This document shows, piece by piece, positions 48,423 to 58,669 of a stretch of 64,000 nt of DNA. Every line of letters begins with the position of its first letter. The first letter of the stretch is position 1. The DNA is taken from assembly GCA_964432155.1 (NCBI GenBank), contig CAYSMF010000012.1, positions 2,758 to 66,757 on the forward strand, written 5' to 3'. The stretch comes from an uncultured Melioribacter sp. (GTDB taxonomy: Bacteria > Bacteroidota > Ignavibacteria > Kapaibacteriales > Kapaibacteriaceae). The position numbers were made by a program, and so were the translations under genes. The notes beneath the pieces were generated by a model that ran no database searches, was not told where the DNA came from, and worked only from the letters and a program-made list of their open reading frames with translations.

Positions 48423-49874
48423 TTACGGGAAGATCCCAAGTGCAGCGTATGACTGAGCAATCTTATCGATAGAGCTAACAAATGCAGCCGTACGCATGTC
48501 CTTCACGCGTGGGTTGCCATTGAAGTGCTCCATGATTGTGTGATACGAAGAAATCATCGTGTCCTCGAGACCCGAGTTTACGAGATCCTCTTCGTCGGCA
48601 CCACGAGCAAGCATTGCACGCTCAGCAAGCGTGAGGCTCTTGCCTGTGAGACGCTCAACAGTCTCAATGATGCGGAGGCTTGAGCCTTCGTCGAAGCGCT
48701 TGTCCATACGACCAAAGCGCACGTGCGAAAGGTTCTTGAGCCACTCGAAGTACGACACAACCACACCGCCAGCGTTGACATACATGTCCGGCATTACAAG
48801 AATGCCCTTCTTCAGCAGGATTGGTTCTGCTTCCGACGTGATAGGACCGTTTGCACCTTCGGCGATGATCTTTGCCTTGATCTTAGCTGCATTTCCCTTG
48901 TGAATCTGTGATTCCAGAGCTGCAGGAACGAGGATATCGCAATCGTGTTCGAGAACGCTGTTGCCTTCCTTGATCGTCTTGGCGCCAGCGAATCCTGTGA
49001 TCGAACCCTTCTTTGCGTGGTGAGCCTTGAGCGATTCAATGTCGATACCCTTCGGGTTGACGACCGCGCCGTCCCACTCGATGATACCAATGATTGTTGC
49101 TCCGCCTTCTTGGAGGAACTTTGCTGCGTGGTAGCCAACGTTACCGAAGCCTTGGACGATAACGCGCTTGTCCGACAATCCAGTCGTCATCTTGAGCTTC
49201 TTCATGAGCTTCGGGTCGTTCACTGCTTCACGAACCGAGAAGAACAGACCACGACCCGTTGCTGCTGTACGACCGCGCACGCCACCTTGTCCAACTGGCT
49301 TGCCAGTTACGCAGCCAAGGGCGTTGATGTCGTCCTTCACAATCGACTGGTATGTGTCGGCAATCCACGACATTTCGCGTGGACCTGTACCATAGTCTGG
49401 TGCGGGCACGTCAACAGCCGGTCCGATAAAGTTCTTCTTGATGAGTTCAACGGTGTAGCGACGTGTGATGCGCTCGAGTTCCTCAGTTGTGTACTGCTTC
49501 GGATCGATACGAATACCACCCTTACCGCCACCGAATGGCACGTCGACAACAGCGCACTTGTATGTCATCAGCGCTGCGAGTGCCTGTACTTCTTCTTGAT
49601 CGACCGTCATCGCATAGCGGATGCCACCCTTTGTTGGGAGCTTGTGGTGACTATGCTCTGCACGCCATGCTTGAATCACCTGAATTCCGCCCTTGATGCG
49701 GACAGGGAACTGCATGTAGTACACCGAATTGCATGCACGAATTTGATCGAGCAGGCCCTTTGGATGATCCATGATCGCTGCTGCCTTGTCGAAATAGGCA
49801 TTTACCGACTCAAGGAACGGGTTGTGTCCAGCAAACGGAGACGATGCCGCGCCGGTTTTTGCTTTGGAAGCCAT
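48423..49874 (-). CDS. gdhA: NAD(P)-specific glutamate dehydrogenase
   Basis: GDH family motifs: a GGGKGG region (..[14 protein letters not shown]..) and a C-terminal NAD-binding domain; 483 aa. Confidence 0.9.
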   Translation of the reverse strand: MASKAKTGAASSPFAGHNPFLESVNAYFDKAAAIMDHPKGLLDQIRACNSVYYMQFPVRIKGGIQVIQAWRAEHSHHKLPTKGGIRYAMTVDQEEVQALAALMTYKCAVVDVPFGGGKGGIRIDPKQYTTEELERITRRYTVELIKKNFIGPAVDVPAPDYGTGPREMSWIADTYQSIVKDDINALGCVTGKPVGQGGVRGRTAATGRGLFFSVREAVNDPKLMKKLKMTTGLSDKRVIVQGFGNVGYHAAKFLQEGGATIIGIIEWDGAVVNPKGIDIESLKAHHAKKGSITGFAGAKTIKEGNSVLEHDCDILVPAALESQIHKGNAAKIKAKIIAEGANGPITSEAEPILLKKGILVMPDMYVNAGGVVVSYFEWLKNLSHVRFGRMDKRFDEGSSLRIIETVERLTGKSLTLAERAMLARGADEEDLVNSGLEDTMISSYHTIMEHFNGNPRVKDMRTAAFVSSIDKIAQSYAALGIFP

Positions 49875-49915
49875 AGGGAGGCTTTAACGGTGGAACAAAA
49901 CGTGAAAATCGTGAA

Positions 49916-51046
49916 TTACAGGTTACCACGGAGGGCCTGTTCGCGTTCGATAGACTCGAACAGGGCCTTGAAGTTTCCTTTGCCGAATGATTTTGCGCCT
50001 GCGCGCTGGATGATTTCGAAGAACACTGTTGGGCGATCCTCGACCGGCTTGGTAAAGATCTGCAATAGATAGCCTTCGTCGTCGCGGTCGATGAGAATGT
50101 TGAGCTTCTTAAGTGCTTCGAGGTCTTCCTTGATTTCACCAACACGTGTTGGAATATCCTCGTAGTACGTTTCCGGTACATAGAGAAACTGCACACCACG
50201 GCGACGAAGTTCACCAACGGTGTGAATAATATCATTTGTCGCAACTGCAATGTGCTGAACGCCAGCTCCGCGATAGAACTCGATGTACTCTTCGATCTGG
50301 CTCTTGCGCTTGCCTTGTGCAGGCTCGTTGATCGGGAACTTCACATATCCTGAGCCGTTGGATACAACCTTCGACATAAGCGCTGAGTATTCTGTCGAGA
50401 TATCGCTGTCGTCGAAGGTGATCAGAAGCTTGAAGCCCATGACGTCTTCGTAGAATTTCACCCACTCATTCATGTGGCCAAGTTCAACGTTGCCCACGCA
50501 ATGGTCTACGAACAGCAGGCCGATCGGCTCGGTCTTGTACCCATCGTCCATTGCCTTGTACCCGGGCATAAATGCGCCAGTGTAGTTCTTGCGCTCGACG
50601 AAGGTGTGAATGGTGTCGCCGTATGTGTGAATCGACGCAGTAACGACTTCGCCGAACTCGTCGACAAGTGTTGTTGGCTCTTGTGCTGAACGTGCGCCAC
50701 GCGCTGTGGTAGCTTCCCATGCTGCACGAGCATCATCAACCCACAGAGCGAGAACCTTGACACCATCACCGTGCTTGGCGATGTGCGCTGTCATCTCGTT
50801 GTCTGGATGCAGAGGCGTTGTGAGCATCAGGCGAATCTTGCCCTGCTGGAGCACATACGACGCACGATCACGGACGCCTGTCTCTGGTCCGGCATAGGCA
50901 ACAAGTTGGAACCCAAACGCCGTGCGATAGAAGTACGACGACTGCTTTGCGTTTCCGCAGTAGATCTCGATATAATCAGTGCCGTTGAGAGGAAGGAAAT
51001 CCTCTGTGGCCACCGTGGACGGTGCGTCCATTGTTGCTGTACTCAT
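49916..51046 (-). CDS. hppD: 4-hydroxyphenylpyruvate dioxygenase
   Basis: Two VOC modules with HPPD iron ligands (..HIAVATNDI..; C-terminal ..FFEIIQR..GFG.GNFKALFE). Confidence 0.85.
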   Translation of the reverse strand: MSTATMDAPSTVATEDFLPLNGTDYIEIYCGNAKQSSYFYRTAFGFQLVAYAGPETGVRDRASYVLQQGKIRLMLTTPLHPDNEMTAHIAKHGDGVKVLALWVDDARAAWEATTARGARSAQEPTTLVDEFGEVVTASIHTYGDTIHTFVERKNYTGAFMPGYKAMDDGYKTEPIGLLFVDHCVGNVELGHMNEWVKFYEDVMGFKLLITFDDSDISTEYSALMSKVVSNGSGYVKFPINEPAQGKRKSQIEEYIEFYRGAGVQHIAVATNDIIHTVGELRRRGVQFLYVPETYYEDIPTRVGEIKEDLEALKKLNILIDRDDEGYLLQIFTKPVEDRPTVFFEIIQRAGAKSFGKGNFKALFESIEREQALRGNL

Positions 51047-51061
51047 ACTTGTGTACTCCTA

Positions 51062-52195
51062 CTATTCAAGTGTCGATGTGTGTGGTGTTGCAAAGCGCTC
51101 TGCACATGCACGGAGGACTTGCGCAAGGCGTTCCATCTGCGGCGCAGTACCTGTGCTGATGCGCACGCATGTCGGGAGTCCGAATCCAACCAGCGGACGC
51201 GCGATGAATCCATGATGGAGGAGCTCGAGATGAAACTGCTCGGCACGTGGCTGATCATGAAGATCGATCATGATGAAGTTAGCTACGCTCGTTGAACATG
51301 TGTAGCCTGCCTCGCGCACGATGCTGTGCAGAAGGTCGAGTGATGATGCGTTCAACGTAACCGTCTGCTCGACGAAGGCTTGATCATCAATTGCAGCGAT
51401 AGCCGCCGCGCAGCCGACGCCGTTCGGATCAAATGGAAGCTTGGTGCGATGCAGCCACTGAATGACATCTGGATTGCCGAATGCATATCCAATGCGAAGG
51501 GCTGCAAGACCGTACGCCTTCGAAAACGTGCGGAGTCGAATGAGGTTTGGGCGTGTGAACGACTCTGCGGGATACGTCTCAGGTGCAATGTGACGGGCAT
51601 ACTCAACGTATGCTTCGTCGAGCACGACAAGTACATCCTCTGGAACGCGATCCATCAGCCACACAAGTTCGTCGTGTGTGATGTACGTGCCAGTTGGATT
51701 GTTCGGATTCGCGATATACACGATCTGCGTTGTGCTGTCGATCGCTTCTGCGAGTGCGCGCACATCGTAGCGATACTCAGGAAGCATCGGCACAAGTCGG
51801 AAGTCGCGATCAGCGCCCTTCACAGCAATGCGGAAGCTTACGAATGACCCTTCGCTGCTGAGCGCTGTGCGACCAGGATGAAGGAACACGCGCATCACCT
51901 GGTGGATGATTGCATCGCTACCATTGCCGAGGCTGATGTGCTCTGGTCTTACGCCATGGAAGGTTGCCAAGCGTGCTCGGAGCTCCTGACCACCATCTTG
52001 GTAGAGTCCAACGGTGGAGAGTGCAGCGATTGCTGCAGCTGTCGCCGACGGAGATGCTCCCAGCGGATTTTCGTTGGAAGCGAGCTTCTCTACATGATCA
52101 AGCCCATACTGGGCCTTGATTTGTTCCGGAGATGCACCCGGTGTGTAGGCGCTTATCGTGCGAAGATGTGCGTTTGGTGAAATCATGAGCCACAA
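51062..52195 (-). CDS. histidinol-phosphate/aromatic aminotransferase (HisC family, class II PLP aminotransferase)
   Basis: LASNENPLG N-terminal motif, YVNPNNPTG, and a PLP-lysine region (RTFSKAYGLAALRIGY). Its position directly upstream of hppD suggests an aromatic (tyrosine) aminotransferase role. Confidence 0.8.
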   Translation of the reverse strand: MWLMISPNAHLRTISAYTPGASPEQIKAQYGLDHVEKLASNENPLGASPSATAAAIAALSTVGLYQDGGQELRARLATFHGVRPEHISLGNGSDAIIHQVMRVFLHPGRTALSSEGSFVSFRIAVKGADRDFRLVPMLPEYRYDVRALAEAIDSTTQIVYIANPNNPTGTYITHDELVWLMDRVPEDVLVVLDEAYVEYARHIAPETYPAESFTRPNLIRLRTFSKAYGLAALRIGYAFGNPDVIQWLHRTKLPFDPNGVGCAAAIAAIDDQAFVEQTVTLNASSLDLLHSIVREAGYTCSTSVANFIMIDLHDQPRAEQFHLELLHHGFIARPLVGFGLPTCVRISTGTAPQMERLAQVLRACAERFATPHTSTLE

Positions 52196-53264
52196 AACTA
52201 CGAACGGGGTCTCTATCTTCGCGGGTCCTCAACGATTGATTTCTTCTGTGACAACACCTTCACGTCCGACTATTGTCATCGTCTTCACAGGCGGTACGAT
52301 TGCCTCCACGCTCGATCGCGAGTGGGGCGGTGTTGTGCCGAGTCTGACAGGGGGCGAGATTCTCGCGAGAATCCCTGAAATCAGGGCACATGCAGACCTT
52401 CGTGTTCATGAATTCGGGACCTTCCCGGGTCCGCACATGACACTTGATCGCATGCATGATGTGCAGCGCATCGTACAATCGTACGTCGACGATCCGTCGA
52501 TTCACGGCGTAGTAATTACGCACGGTACCGATACGCTGGAGGAAACCGCGTACTTCCTCGATTCCACGGTTGCAACGAACAAGCCGATCGTTGTTGTTGG
52601 CGCGATGCGCAACAGCAGCGAGCCCGACTGGGACGGACCCCGCAATCTGCGCGATGCAGTCGCTGTGGCCTCCAACCCAGCAGCCCATGGCTTGGGCGTT
52701 CTGATCTGTCTCGGCGGCGTACTAACGGCTGCCTCAGAGGCATCAAAGACCGACACGCAGGATTTATCGACCTTTACAAGCTTTGATTTCGGGCCGATTG
52801 GGCGCATCTCGAATGGTGTCTTGATGATTCATCGTCAGCCCCTTCACCGAGAGGTCTTTGCCATCGGGTCACTTCCATCGTTTGTGCCCCTACTCAAGTC
52901 CTATGCCGGGATGGATGGAACCCTTGTGCGTTGTGCTCGCGAGAGCGGCGCGCAGGGCCTCGTCATCGAGGCATTTGGGGCGGGGAACGTCACGCCCGAG
53001 GTCTATCACGCACTCCGCGAAACCGTGCAAGCCGGCTTGCCGGTTGTGCTCGTCTCGCGTTGTCCAGTTGGACGTATCGAGCACATCTACGCGTACGAAG
53101 GGGCGGGCAAGCACCTTCACGAGGCAGGGGTGATCTTTGCTGATTATCTCAACGGACAGAAGGCTCGGATTAAGCTCTTGTGTGCGCTGGGTGCCGGACG
53201 AACCATCGCCGAAATCCGCCGATCATTTGAATGGATGGATGCCGAGGGGGCTCGTAACGCATGA
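52185..53264 (+). CDS. ansA: L-asparaginase
   Basis: TGGTIAS threonine motif, HGTDTLEETA and GAMRNSSEP are asparaginase/glutaminase family motifs. The exact start is uncertain because it overlaps the divergent hisC-like start. Confidence 0.8.
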   Translation: MSHKTTNGVSIFAGPQRLISSVTTPSRPTIVIVFTGGTIASTLDREWGGVVPSLTGGEILARIPEIRAHADLRVHEFGTFPGPHMTLDRMHDVQRIVQSYVDDPSIHGVVITHGTDTLEETAYFLDSTVATNKPIVVVGAMRNSSEPDWDGPRNLRDAVAVASNPAAHGLGVLICLGGVLTAASEASKTDTQDLSTFTSFDFGPIGRISNGVLMIHRQPLHREVFAIGSLPSFVPLLKSYAGMDGTLVRCARESGAQGLVIEAFGAGNVTPEVYHALRETVQAGLPVVLVSRCPVGRIEHIYAYEGAGKHLHEAGVIFADYLNGQKARIKLLCALGAGRTIAEIRRSFEWMDAEGARNA

Positions 53265-54406
53265 GAAGCACGGTAGCAACGATCGACCTCGATGCGCTTG
53301 CGTGGAACTACCAGACGCTGCGCGCAAGGATTGGCAATCGAGCCATGCTGGGAATGGTCAAAGCCAACGCCTACGGTCACGGCATGGTGGGTGTTTCGCG
53401 CGTCCTGCAGCATCTCGGTGCAGATATGCTCGGCACAGCCTTTGTGTCGGAGGCGGAAGTGCTCCGTGAGGCGGGGATTACGATCCCTATCATGGTGCTT
53501 ACACAGGTCGAGCCGCATGATGCGGCGCAGGCGGTCGCCTTGAAGCTTATTACCGTCGTGGGAGATCTCGGTCAGGCGCAGGCGCTCGCACGTGAAGCTA
53601 TCCGTCAGGGGACCACTGCAGAGGTGCATTTGTATGTCGATACCGGCATGAGCCGGGACGGCGTGCGTGCGCACGACGCCGTAGCCTTTGCGACCGCGCT
53701 CATGTCGATCGAGGGACTGCGATGTACGGGTATCTGCACGCACTTTGCGACGGCTGACGATCCCCACAATCCGTTCATGGCCGAGCAGTTATCCACTTTT
53801 CACCGAGTCATCGAACAATGTGCCGCCGCCGGATGTAGCTTTGCCACTGTCCACGCGGCCAATACCGGCGCGTTGTGGCAATCAGCTGATACACATCTCT
53901 CGCTCGTGCGGCCCGGTCTGTCGCTATATGGATATGCATCTGCGGAAACGCATGTTGCTCCACTGCGGCCGGTAATGCGGCTCACATCGACGGTCGTGTC
54001 GCTTCGTCGAGCATGGCCCGGCGACACCGTGAGTTACGGACGTCGGTACATGGTTGCGGAGGAATCAACAATTGCCACGGTGCCGATAGGCTACGGGGAC
54101 GGGTACATGCGTGCACTCACGGGATCAGCGCAATGTCTGATCCGTGGTACACGATACCCAGTCGTTGGAACGGTCTGTATGGATGAAATCATGGTGAACG
54201 TTGGTAACGATGCGATCCAACTGGGCGACGAGGTTGTACTTCTTGGAGTGCAGCCTGCAGAACAGGGTGGAGGAGCGATCGATATCGACGAACTCGCCAC
54301 ATGGGCGAACACCATTCCGTATGAGATCACAACGGCGGTATCAGCACGAGTGCCACGTTTGTTCACAGGAGCACTTGCTGCAATTGCGCAAGGTTCGAAT
54401 CTCTGA
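53261..54406 (+). CDS. alr: alanine racemase
   Basis: PLP-lysine motif VKANAYGHG plus the C-terminal beta domain. 4-nt overlap with ansA. Confidence 0.9.
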   Translation: MRSTVATIDLDALAWNYQTLRARIGNRAMLGMVKANAYGHGMVGVSRVLQHLGADMLGTAFVSEAEVLREAGITIPIMVLTQVEPHDAAQAVALKLITVVGDLGQAQALAREAIRQGTTAEVHLYVDTGMSRDGVRAHDAVAFATALMSIEGLRCTGICTHFATADDPHNPFMAEQLSTFHRVIEQCAAAGCSFATVHAANTGALWQSADTHLSLVRPGLSLYGYASAETHVAPLRPVMRLTSTVVSLRRAWPGDTVSYGRRYMVAEESTIATVPIGYGDGYMRALTGSAQCLIRGTRYPVVGTVCMDEIMVNVGNDAIQLGDEVVLLGVQPAEQGGGAIDIDELATWANTIPYEITTAVSARVPRLFTGALAAIAQGSNL

Positions 54407-54412
54407 TACAGC

Positions 54413-55195
54413 ATGTATAGCGTTCGACTTCAAAACTTCGAAGGCCCGTTAGATCTTCTGCTCTTCTTTATCAAACGAGATGAGCTGGATATCTACGACA
54501 TTCCAATCGCATCGATCACGCAAGAGTTTCTCGAGTACGTAAAGGTTCTTGAACTACTCGATCTCGAGTTGGCAGGCGAGTTCATTGTGATGGCATCGAT
54601 GCTCGTGCAGATCAAAGCACAAATGCTTCTTCCTCGCGAAGAGACTGCAGCATCGGTACTTGGTGAGATTGACGACGACGACCCGCGTGCTGAACTTGTG
54701 CGCCGTCTTATTGAGTACAAGCGTTTCCGTGAAGCCTCGGACTCGTTGGCACTTTCGGTAGAGAATCAGCGCTACGTGATGTATCGCAATGTGTTCGAAG
54801 CAGAAGAGATCCACGCAGCCGAGACAGGTGCCTACCGCAATGCGACGTTGTTCGACCTGCTGAAGGCGCTCAAGCGTGCTATCGAGCGTGCACCAGAGAA
54901 ACCAGATCCGCACGTGGTCACGCGTTTCCCGATCACGGTCGAGGAGAAGTCAGAAGAAATCGTTCACATGCTTCGCCAGCGTCCATCCGTACGCTTCTTT
55001 GAGCTCATCGGTGGACTCACCAAGATGCACATCGTGGTGACGTTCTTGGCGCTGCTCGAACTCGCGAAGCTCCATCGGATTATCGTTCAGCAGGACGAGC
55101 GATTCGACGACATTATCATTGCCAGCCGACGTGAGGAAGCATCATCGAGTGATGATCCGTCGGCAGAGCAGACAACGCAGGAAGAACAACAATGA
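54413..55195 (+). CDS. scpA: segregation and condensation protein A
   Basis: FEGPLDLLLFFIKRDELDIYDIPIASIT is the ScpA N-terminal signature; 260 aa. Confidence 0.85.
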   Translation: MYSVRLQNFEGPLDLLLFFIKRDELDIYDIPIASITQEFLEYVKVLELLDLELAGEFIVMASMLVQIKAQMLLPREETAASVLGEIDDDDPRAELVRRLIEYKRFREASDSLALSVENQRYVMYRNVFEAEEIHAAETGAYRNATLFDLLKALKRAIERAPEKPDPHVVTRFPITVEEKSEEIVHMLRQRPSVRFFELIGGLTKMHIVVTFLALLELAKLHRIIVQQDERFDDIIIASRREEASSSDDPSAEQTTQEEQQ

Positions 55196-56151
55196 CAGAC
55201 CTAGAACACGAACAACTCGAACGTGCCGTAGAACAACGTGAACTTCCGTACTTCTTCACGTTGGATCGAGGCGAACAGCTCCATGCGCTTGAAGCACTGA
55301 TCTTCGCCAGCGAAGAGCCACTGACAAACCGGATGCTGCATCGTCTTCTGGTATTGGAAGACCCATCACAGCAAGTGCCTGGTCAGCAGCAGTTGCCGCT
55401 CGAGGGCGAGCAGGCGCAGCCAGTTCCGGAGACAGTGGTGCCGACATTCGACGTACCGAAGGAGTTCTTCGACGAGCTCGTTGAGGAAATCAACGAACAG
55501 CTTGAGCGCGTTGAACGTCCGTACCGTATCGTGAAGATTGCTGGTGGTTTTCAGTTCGCTACCACGCCGGCACACGGACAGCTCGTACAACGTCTGCTTA
55601 AGGCGAAGAATCGCCGTCGTCTCACACAAGCTGCACTCGAAACGGTTGCCATTATCGCATACCGTCAACCGATCACAAAGGCAGAGATCGACGCGATTCG
55701 CGGCGTGAACAGTGGGGAAGTGGTAAACTCTCTCGTTGAAAAGCAACTCGTCGCGATGGTTGGTCGTGCCGAAACACTCGGCAAGCCGTTGCTGTATGGT
55801 ACAACTGAAGAGTTCCTCCGGGTGTTCGGCTTAAACGACATCTCTGATCTGCCGAAGCTGCGCGAGATTGATGACTTGATCAAGACCACGACAACAATGA
55901 TCGATCTTGACGATTCGATCTCGATCAAGACCGACCATCGCACACTTCGAAAGCAATTGGCGTTGCTCCTCGACGGCGATAACGCTGCCCAAGATGCCGA
56001 TGCTGGTCCTGCCACCGAGGCTACGTCGGGTGCGTACTGGCACCACTCGATGGAGAACGAAGCCGAGCAGGGATTGGTCGAGGATCCAGAGCAAGGTACG
56101 TGGGAAGAGGATGCCTCGAGCGAGAATGTGGATAACTCTGCAACTGATTGA
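55192..56151 (+). CDS. scpB: segregation and condensation protein B (with acidic C-terminal extension)
   Basis: Winged-helix ScpB core (..LETVAIIAYRQPITKAEIDAIRGVNS..), 4-nt overlap with scpA, and a long acidic C-terminal tail. Confidence 0.8.
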   Translation: MTDLEHEQLERAVEQRELPYFFTLDRGEQLHALEALIFASEEPLTNRMLHRLLVLEDPSQQVPGQQQLPLEGEQAQPVPETVVPTFDVPKEFFDELVEEINEQLERVERPYRIVKIAGGFQFATTPAHGQLVQRLLKAKNRRRLTQAALETVAIIAYRQPITKAEIDAIRGVNSGEVVNSLVEKQLVAMVGRAETLGKPLLYGTTEEFLRVFGLNDISDLPKLREIDDLIKTTTTMIDLDDSISIKTDHRTLRKQLALLLDGDNAAQDADAGPATEATSGAYWHHSMENEAEQGLVEDPEQGTWEEDASSENVDNSATD

Positions 56152-56366
56152 AAATCAATAGGTAACCCTTCTGCGCCCCCTTGCATACGCCAGTGGAAAC
56201 TGCAAATACTGTAACAGTTTTCCGCGTTGCTTGTTTGTGTAGTAGTTGCGTTACCTGTGATAGCAGAACGGTAGTCATGCACCGACCCTCACCCAGAGAG
56301 GGGCATCACACTATATGGTCGCAGCTGATGTTCCATGCCGTAAAACCCCTCCTCGGCATGGACAGA

Positions 56367-56397
56367 CCCCGCCAGAGATGGCGGGGTTTTTTGTTTC
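56367..56397 (+). terminator. rho-independent terminator ending 5 nt before the alkB start codon
   Basis: Stem ccccgcc-agagat-ggcgggg followed by ttttttgtttctt, about 215 nt downstream of the scpB stop. Confidence 0.65.
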
Positions 56398-56401
56398 TTG
56401 C

Positions 56402-56980
56402 ATGATGTCCGCAACTCCAGACATTGCCCTCTTCACACACGTTGACATCGGTGTACCAGAGCATGAGCTCTTCGGCCTGCTACGTGAACACATCGCGTGG
56501 CGTGATGAACCGATCACAATGTTCGGGAAGACGTTTCTTCAGCCACGCCGGATCGCGTGGTACGGTGACGAGCATGCCGTCTACACGTATTCGGGACAGA
56601 TGCACCGTCCGTTGCCCTGGGTTGCCCCCTTACTTGCCATCAAGCGCGTTGCTGAAGACGTAGCAGCAACATCGTTCAATAGTGTCCTCTGCAACCTGTA
56701 TCGGAATGGGAATGATTCGATGGGGTATCACAGCGATGACGAGCCAGAGCTTGGTCGCAACCCTGTGATTGCATCATTCAGTATCGGCGCTGAGCGTGTG
56801 CTGCACTTTCGCCATAAGCACGACAAGACCGTCGCGACCGTGAAAGTCCTGATGCCATCGATGAGTATGCTTGTGATGCGCGGTGACACACAGCATACAT
56901 GGAAGCATGCGTTGCCGAAGACATCGCGGTGTGATCAGGCGCGCATAAATCTGACGTTTCGCAACATTCTCGTGCGATAA
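56402..56980 (+). CDS. alkB: alpha-ketoglutarate-dependent dioxygenase AlkB (2OG-Fe(II) oxygenase)
   Basis: HxD...H iron ligands (YHSDDEPELG...; HFRHK), NLYRNGNDSMGYHSDDE, and a C-terminal RINLTFRN. Confidence 0.8.
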   Translation: MMSATPDIALFTHVDIGVPEHELFGLLREHIAWRDEPITMFGKTFLQPRRIAWYGDEHAVYTYSGQMHRPLPWVAPLLAIKRVAEDVAATSFNSVLCNLYRNGNDSMGYHSDDEPELGRNPVIASFSIGAERVLHFRHKHDKTVATVKVLMPSMSMLVMRGDTQHTWKHALPKTSRCDQARINLTFRNILVR

Positions 56981-57754
56981 CTAGGCAGTCGCGTTGATCA
57001 CCATTCCATCAACGGCAAACTCGACGCCGTCGGGAAGCAGCTGCATGTCGCGTGCGTGCAATACCTGATGCGCGATATGCGTGAGGATTGCGCGCCGCGG
57101 ACGCAGATGATTGATCACCTCGAGTGCTTGTCCGATGGTAAAGTGTGTTGGGTGGGCTTCCCATCGCAGACCGTCGATGATGAGCGTTTCTAGACCTTGA
57201 AGACGGTCGAGTACTTCATCGGCGATATAGTTGGTGTCGGTGCAATACGCGAGGTTGCCGAAGCGATAGCCATTGACGCGCATGGATGCGCCATGGCGCA
57301 TTGGAATCGGGATCACAGAAATCGTGCCGATCACAAACGGCTCGTCATCGATCACATGTGTTGTGATTGATGGAATCGATGCACCGGTCGAAACGACATC
57401 TCCAAATGCATATGGGAACGTCGAACGAAGCACTGATAGCGTCTCCTGCATGCCATAGATAGGCATCGGACGCTGGCTTCGAAAGTTATACGGACGGATA
57501 TCGTCGAAGCCACCGATATGATCGAAGTGGTGATGCGTGAACAGCACGGCATCAATGTCGAGTACACGATGCTGCAGCATCTGCTGACGGAAATCAGATG
57601 ATGTGTCGACGACGATGGTTGTGGATTCGTCTTGAACGAGAAGCGATGTGCGAAGACGGGTATCCCGAGGATCAGTGCTCGTGCAGGTAGGACACTCGCA
57701 AGCTACCGAGGGAACCCCTGTTGAAGTCCCGCTTCCGAGAATCGTACAGCGCAT
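56981..57754 (-). CDS. MBL-fold metallo-hydrolase (PhnP/LACTB2-like)
   Basis: HHHFDHIGG metallo-beta-lactamase motif with downstream His/Asp ligands. Confidence 0.7.
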   Translation of the reverse strand: MRCTILGSGTSTGVPSVACECPTCTSTDPRDTRLRTSLLVQDESTTIVVDTSSDFRQQMLQHRVLDIDAVLFTHHHFDHIGGFDDIRPYNFRSQRPMPIYGMQETLSVLRSTFPYAFGDVVSTGASIPSITTHVIDDEPFVIGTISVIPIPMRHGASMRVNGYRFGNLAYCTDTNYIADEVLDRLQGLETLIIDGLRWEAHPTHFTIGQALEVINHLRPRRAILTHIAHQVLHARDMQLLPDGVEFAVDGMVINATA

Positions 57755-58638
57755 CAGACGTGACGTTCTGCGTGATACGAGCTGCGTACCAGCGGACCCG
57801 ACTCAACGACGGCGAAGCCCATTGCAAGCCCCACCGTGCGGTAGTGTGCAAACTCATCTGGGTGCACGAACCGATCAACGGGCAGGTGATTCTTTGTTGG
57901 CTGTAGATACTGGCCGAGCGTAAGGATATCGACGTTTACCGCGCGAAGTTCCTTCATCACATCGAGCACTTCTGCTGGTGTCTCGCCGAGACCCAACATC
58001 ACGCCTGTCTTTGTTCGCATCCCTTGACGCTTCGACTCGCGAAGCACATCCAACGTCCACTGGAATTTTCCTTGCGGACGTACAGGACGATAGAGACGTG
58101 GGACTGTCTCTGTGTTGTGGTTCAGAATGTCTGGACGTTCATCGATGATCCGCTGGAGGTTGTTCATGTTCCCCTTGAAGTCGGGGATCAACACCTCGAT
58201 CGTCGTCGATGGCGAAAGTTCGCGAGTGCGGCGAATTGTTTCTGCCCAAATCGATGAACCACCGTCTTTCATCTCGTCGCGGTTCACTGATGTGATCACA
58301 CAATGCTTCAAGTTCATCGAGGCAACGGCTTCAGCTACACGACGTGGCTCGTCGGTATCAACGGCGAGTGGGCGTCCGGTTTTGACCGCACAGAACCCAC
58401 ACGAACGCGTGCAGGTATCGCCATGGATCATAAACGTTGCTGTACCAGCGTTCCAGCACTCGGTGATGTTTGGGCATCGTGCTTCTTCGCATACCGTGTG
58501 CAGCGCCTTCGAGCGCATCATCGATTTGACGCGTGCATAGTCCTCGCCGCCTGGTGCGCGAACCTTGAGCCACTCTGGACGGCGGCCTTGGAGCTGATCG
58601 GGTGGTGGAAGTACTGGAAGTTCGAACGTTGGTTCCAT
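57754..58638 (-). CDS. lipA: lipoyl synthase
   Basis: Radical-SAM CxxxCxxC (CTRSCGFC), an N-terminal CEEARCPNITEC auxiliary cluster, and a C-terminal RSSY. Confidence 0.9.
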   Translation of the reverse strand: MEPTFELPVLPPPDQLQGRRPEWLKVRAPGGEDYARVKSMMRSKALHTVCEEARCPNITECWNAGTATFMIHGDTCTRSCGFCAVKTGRPLAVDTDEPRRVAEAVASMNLKHCVITSVNRDEMKDGGSSIWAETIRRTRELSPSTTIEVLIPDFKGNMNNLQRIIDERPDILNHNTETVPRLYRPVRPQGKFQWTLDVLRESKRQGMRTKTGVMLGLGETPAEVLDVMKELRAVNVDILTLGQYLQPTKNHLPVDRFVHPDEFAHYRTVGLAMGFAVVESGPLVRSSYHAERHV

Positions 58639-58669
58639 GATGCGTTGCTCGTAATCGAATCTGGTGATG

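Noticed and set aside
54388-54400. GGTTCGAATC T-loop-like sequence suggesting a tRNA
   Set aside because: It lies inside the alr coding region (C-terminal AQGSNL). No acceptor stem, D-arm or anticodon-arm complementarity is seen in the flanks.
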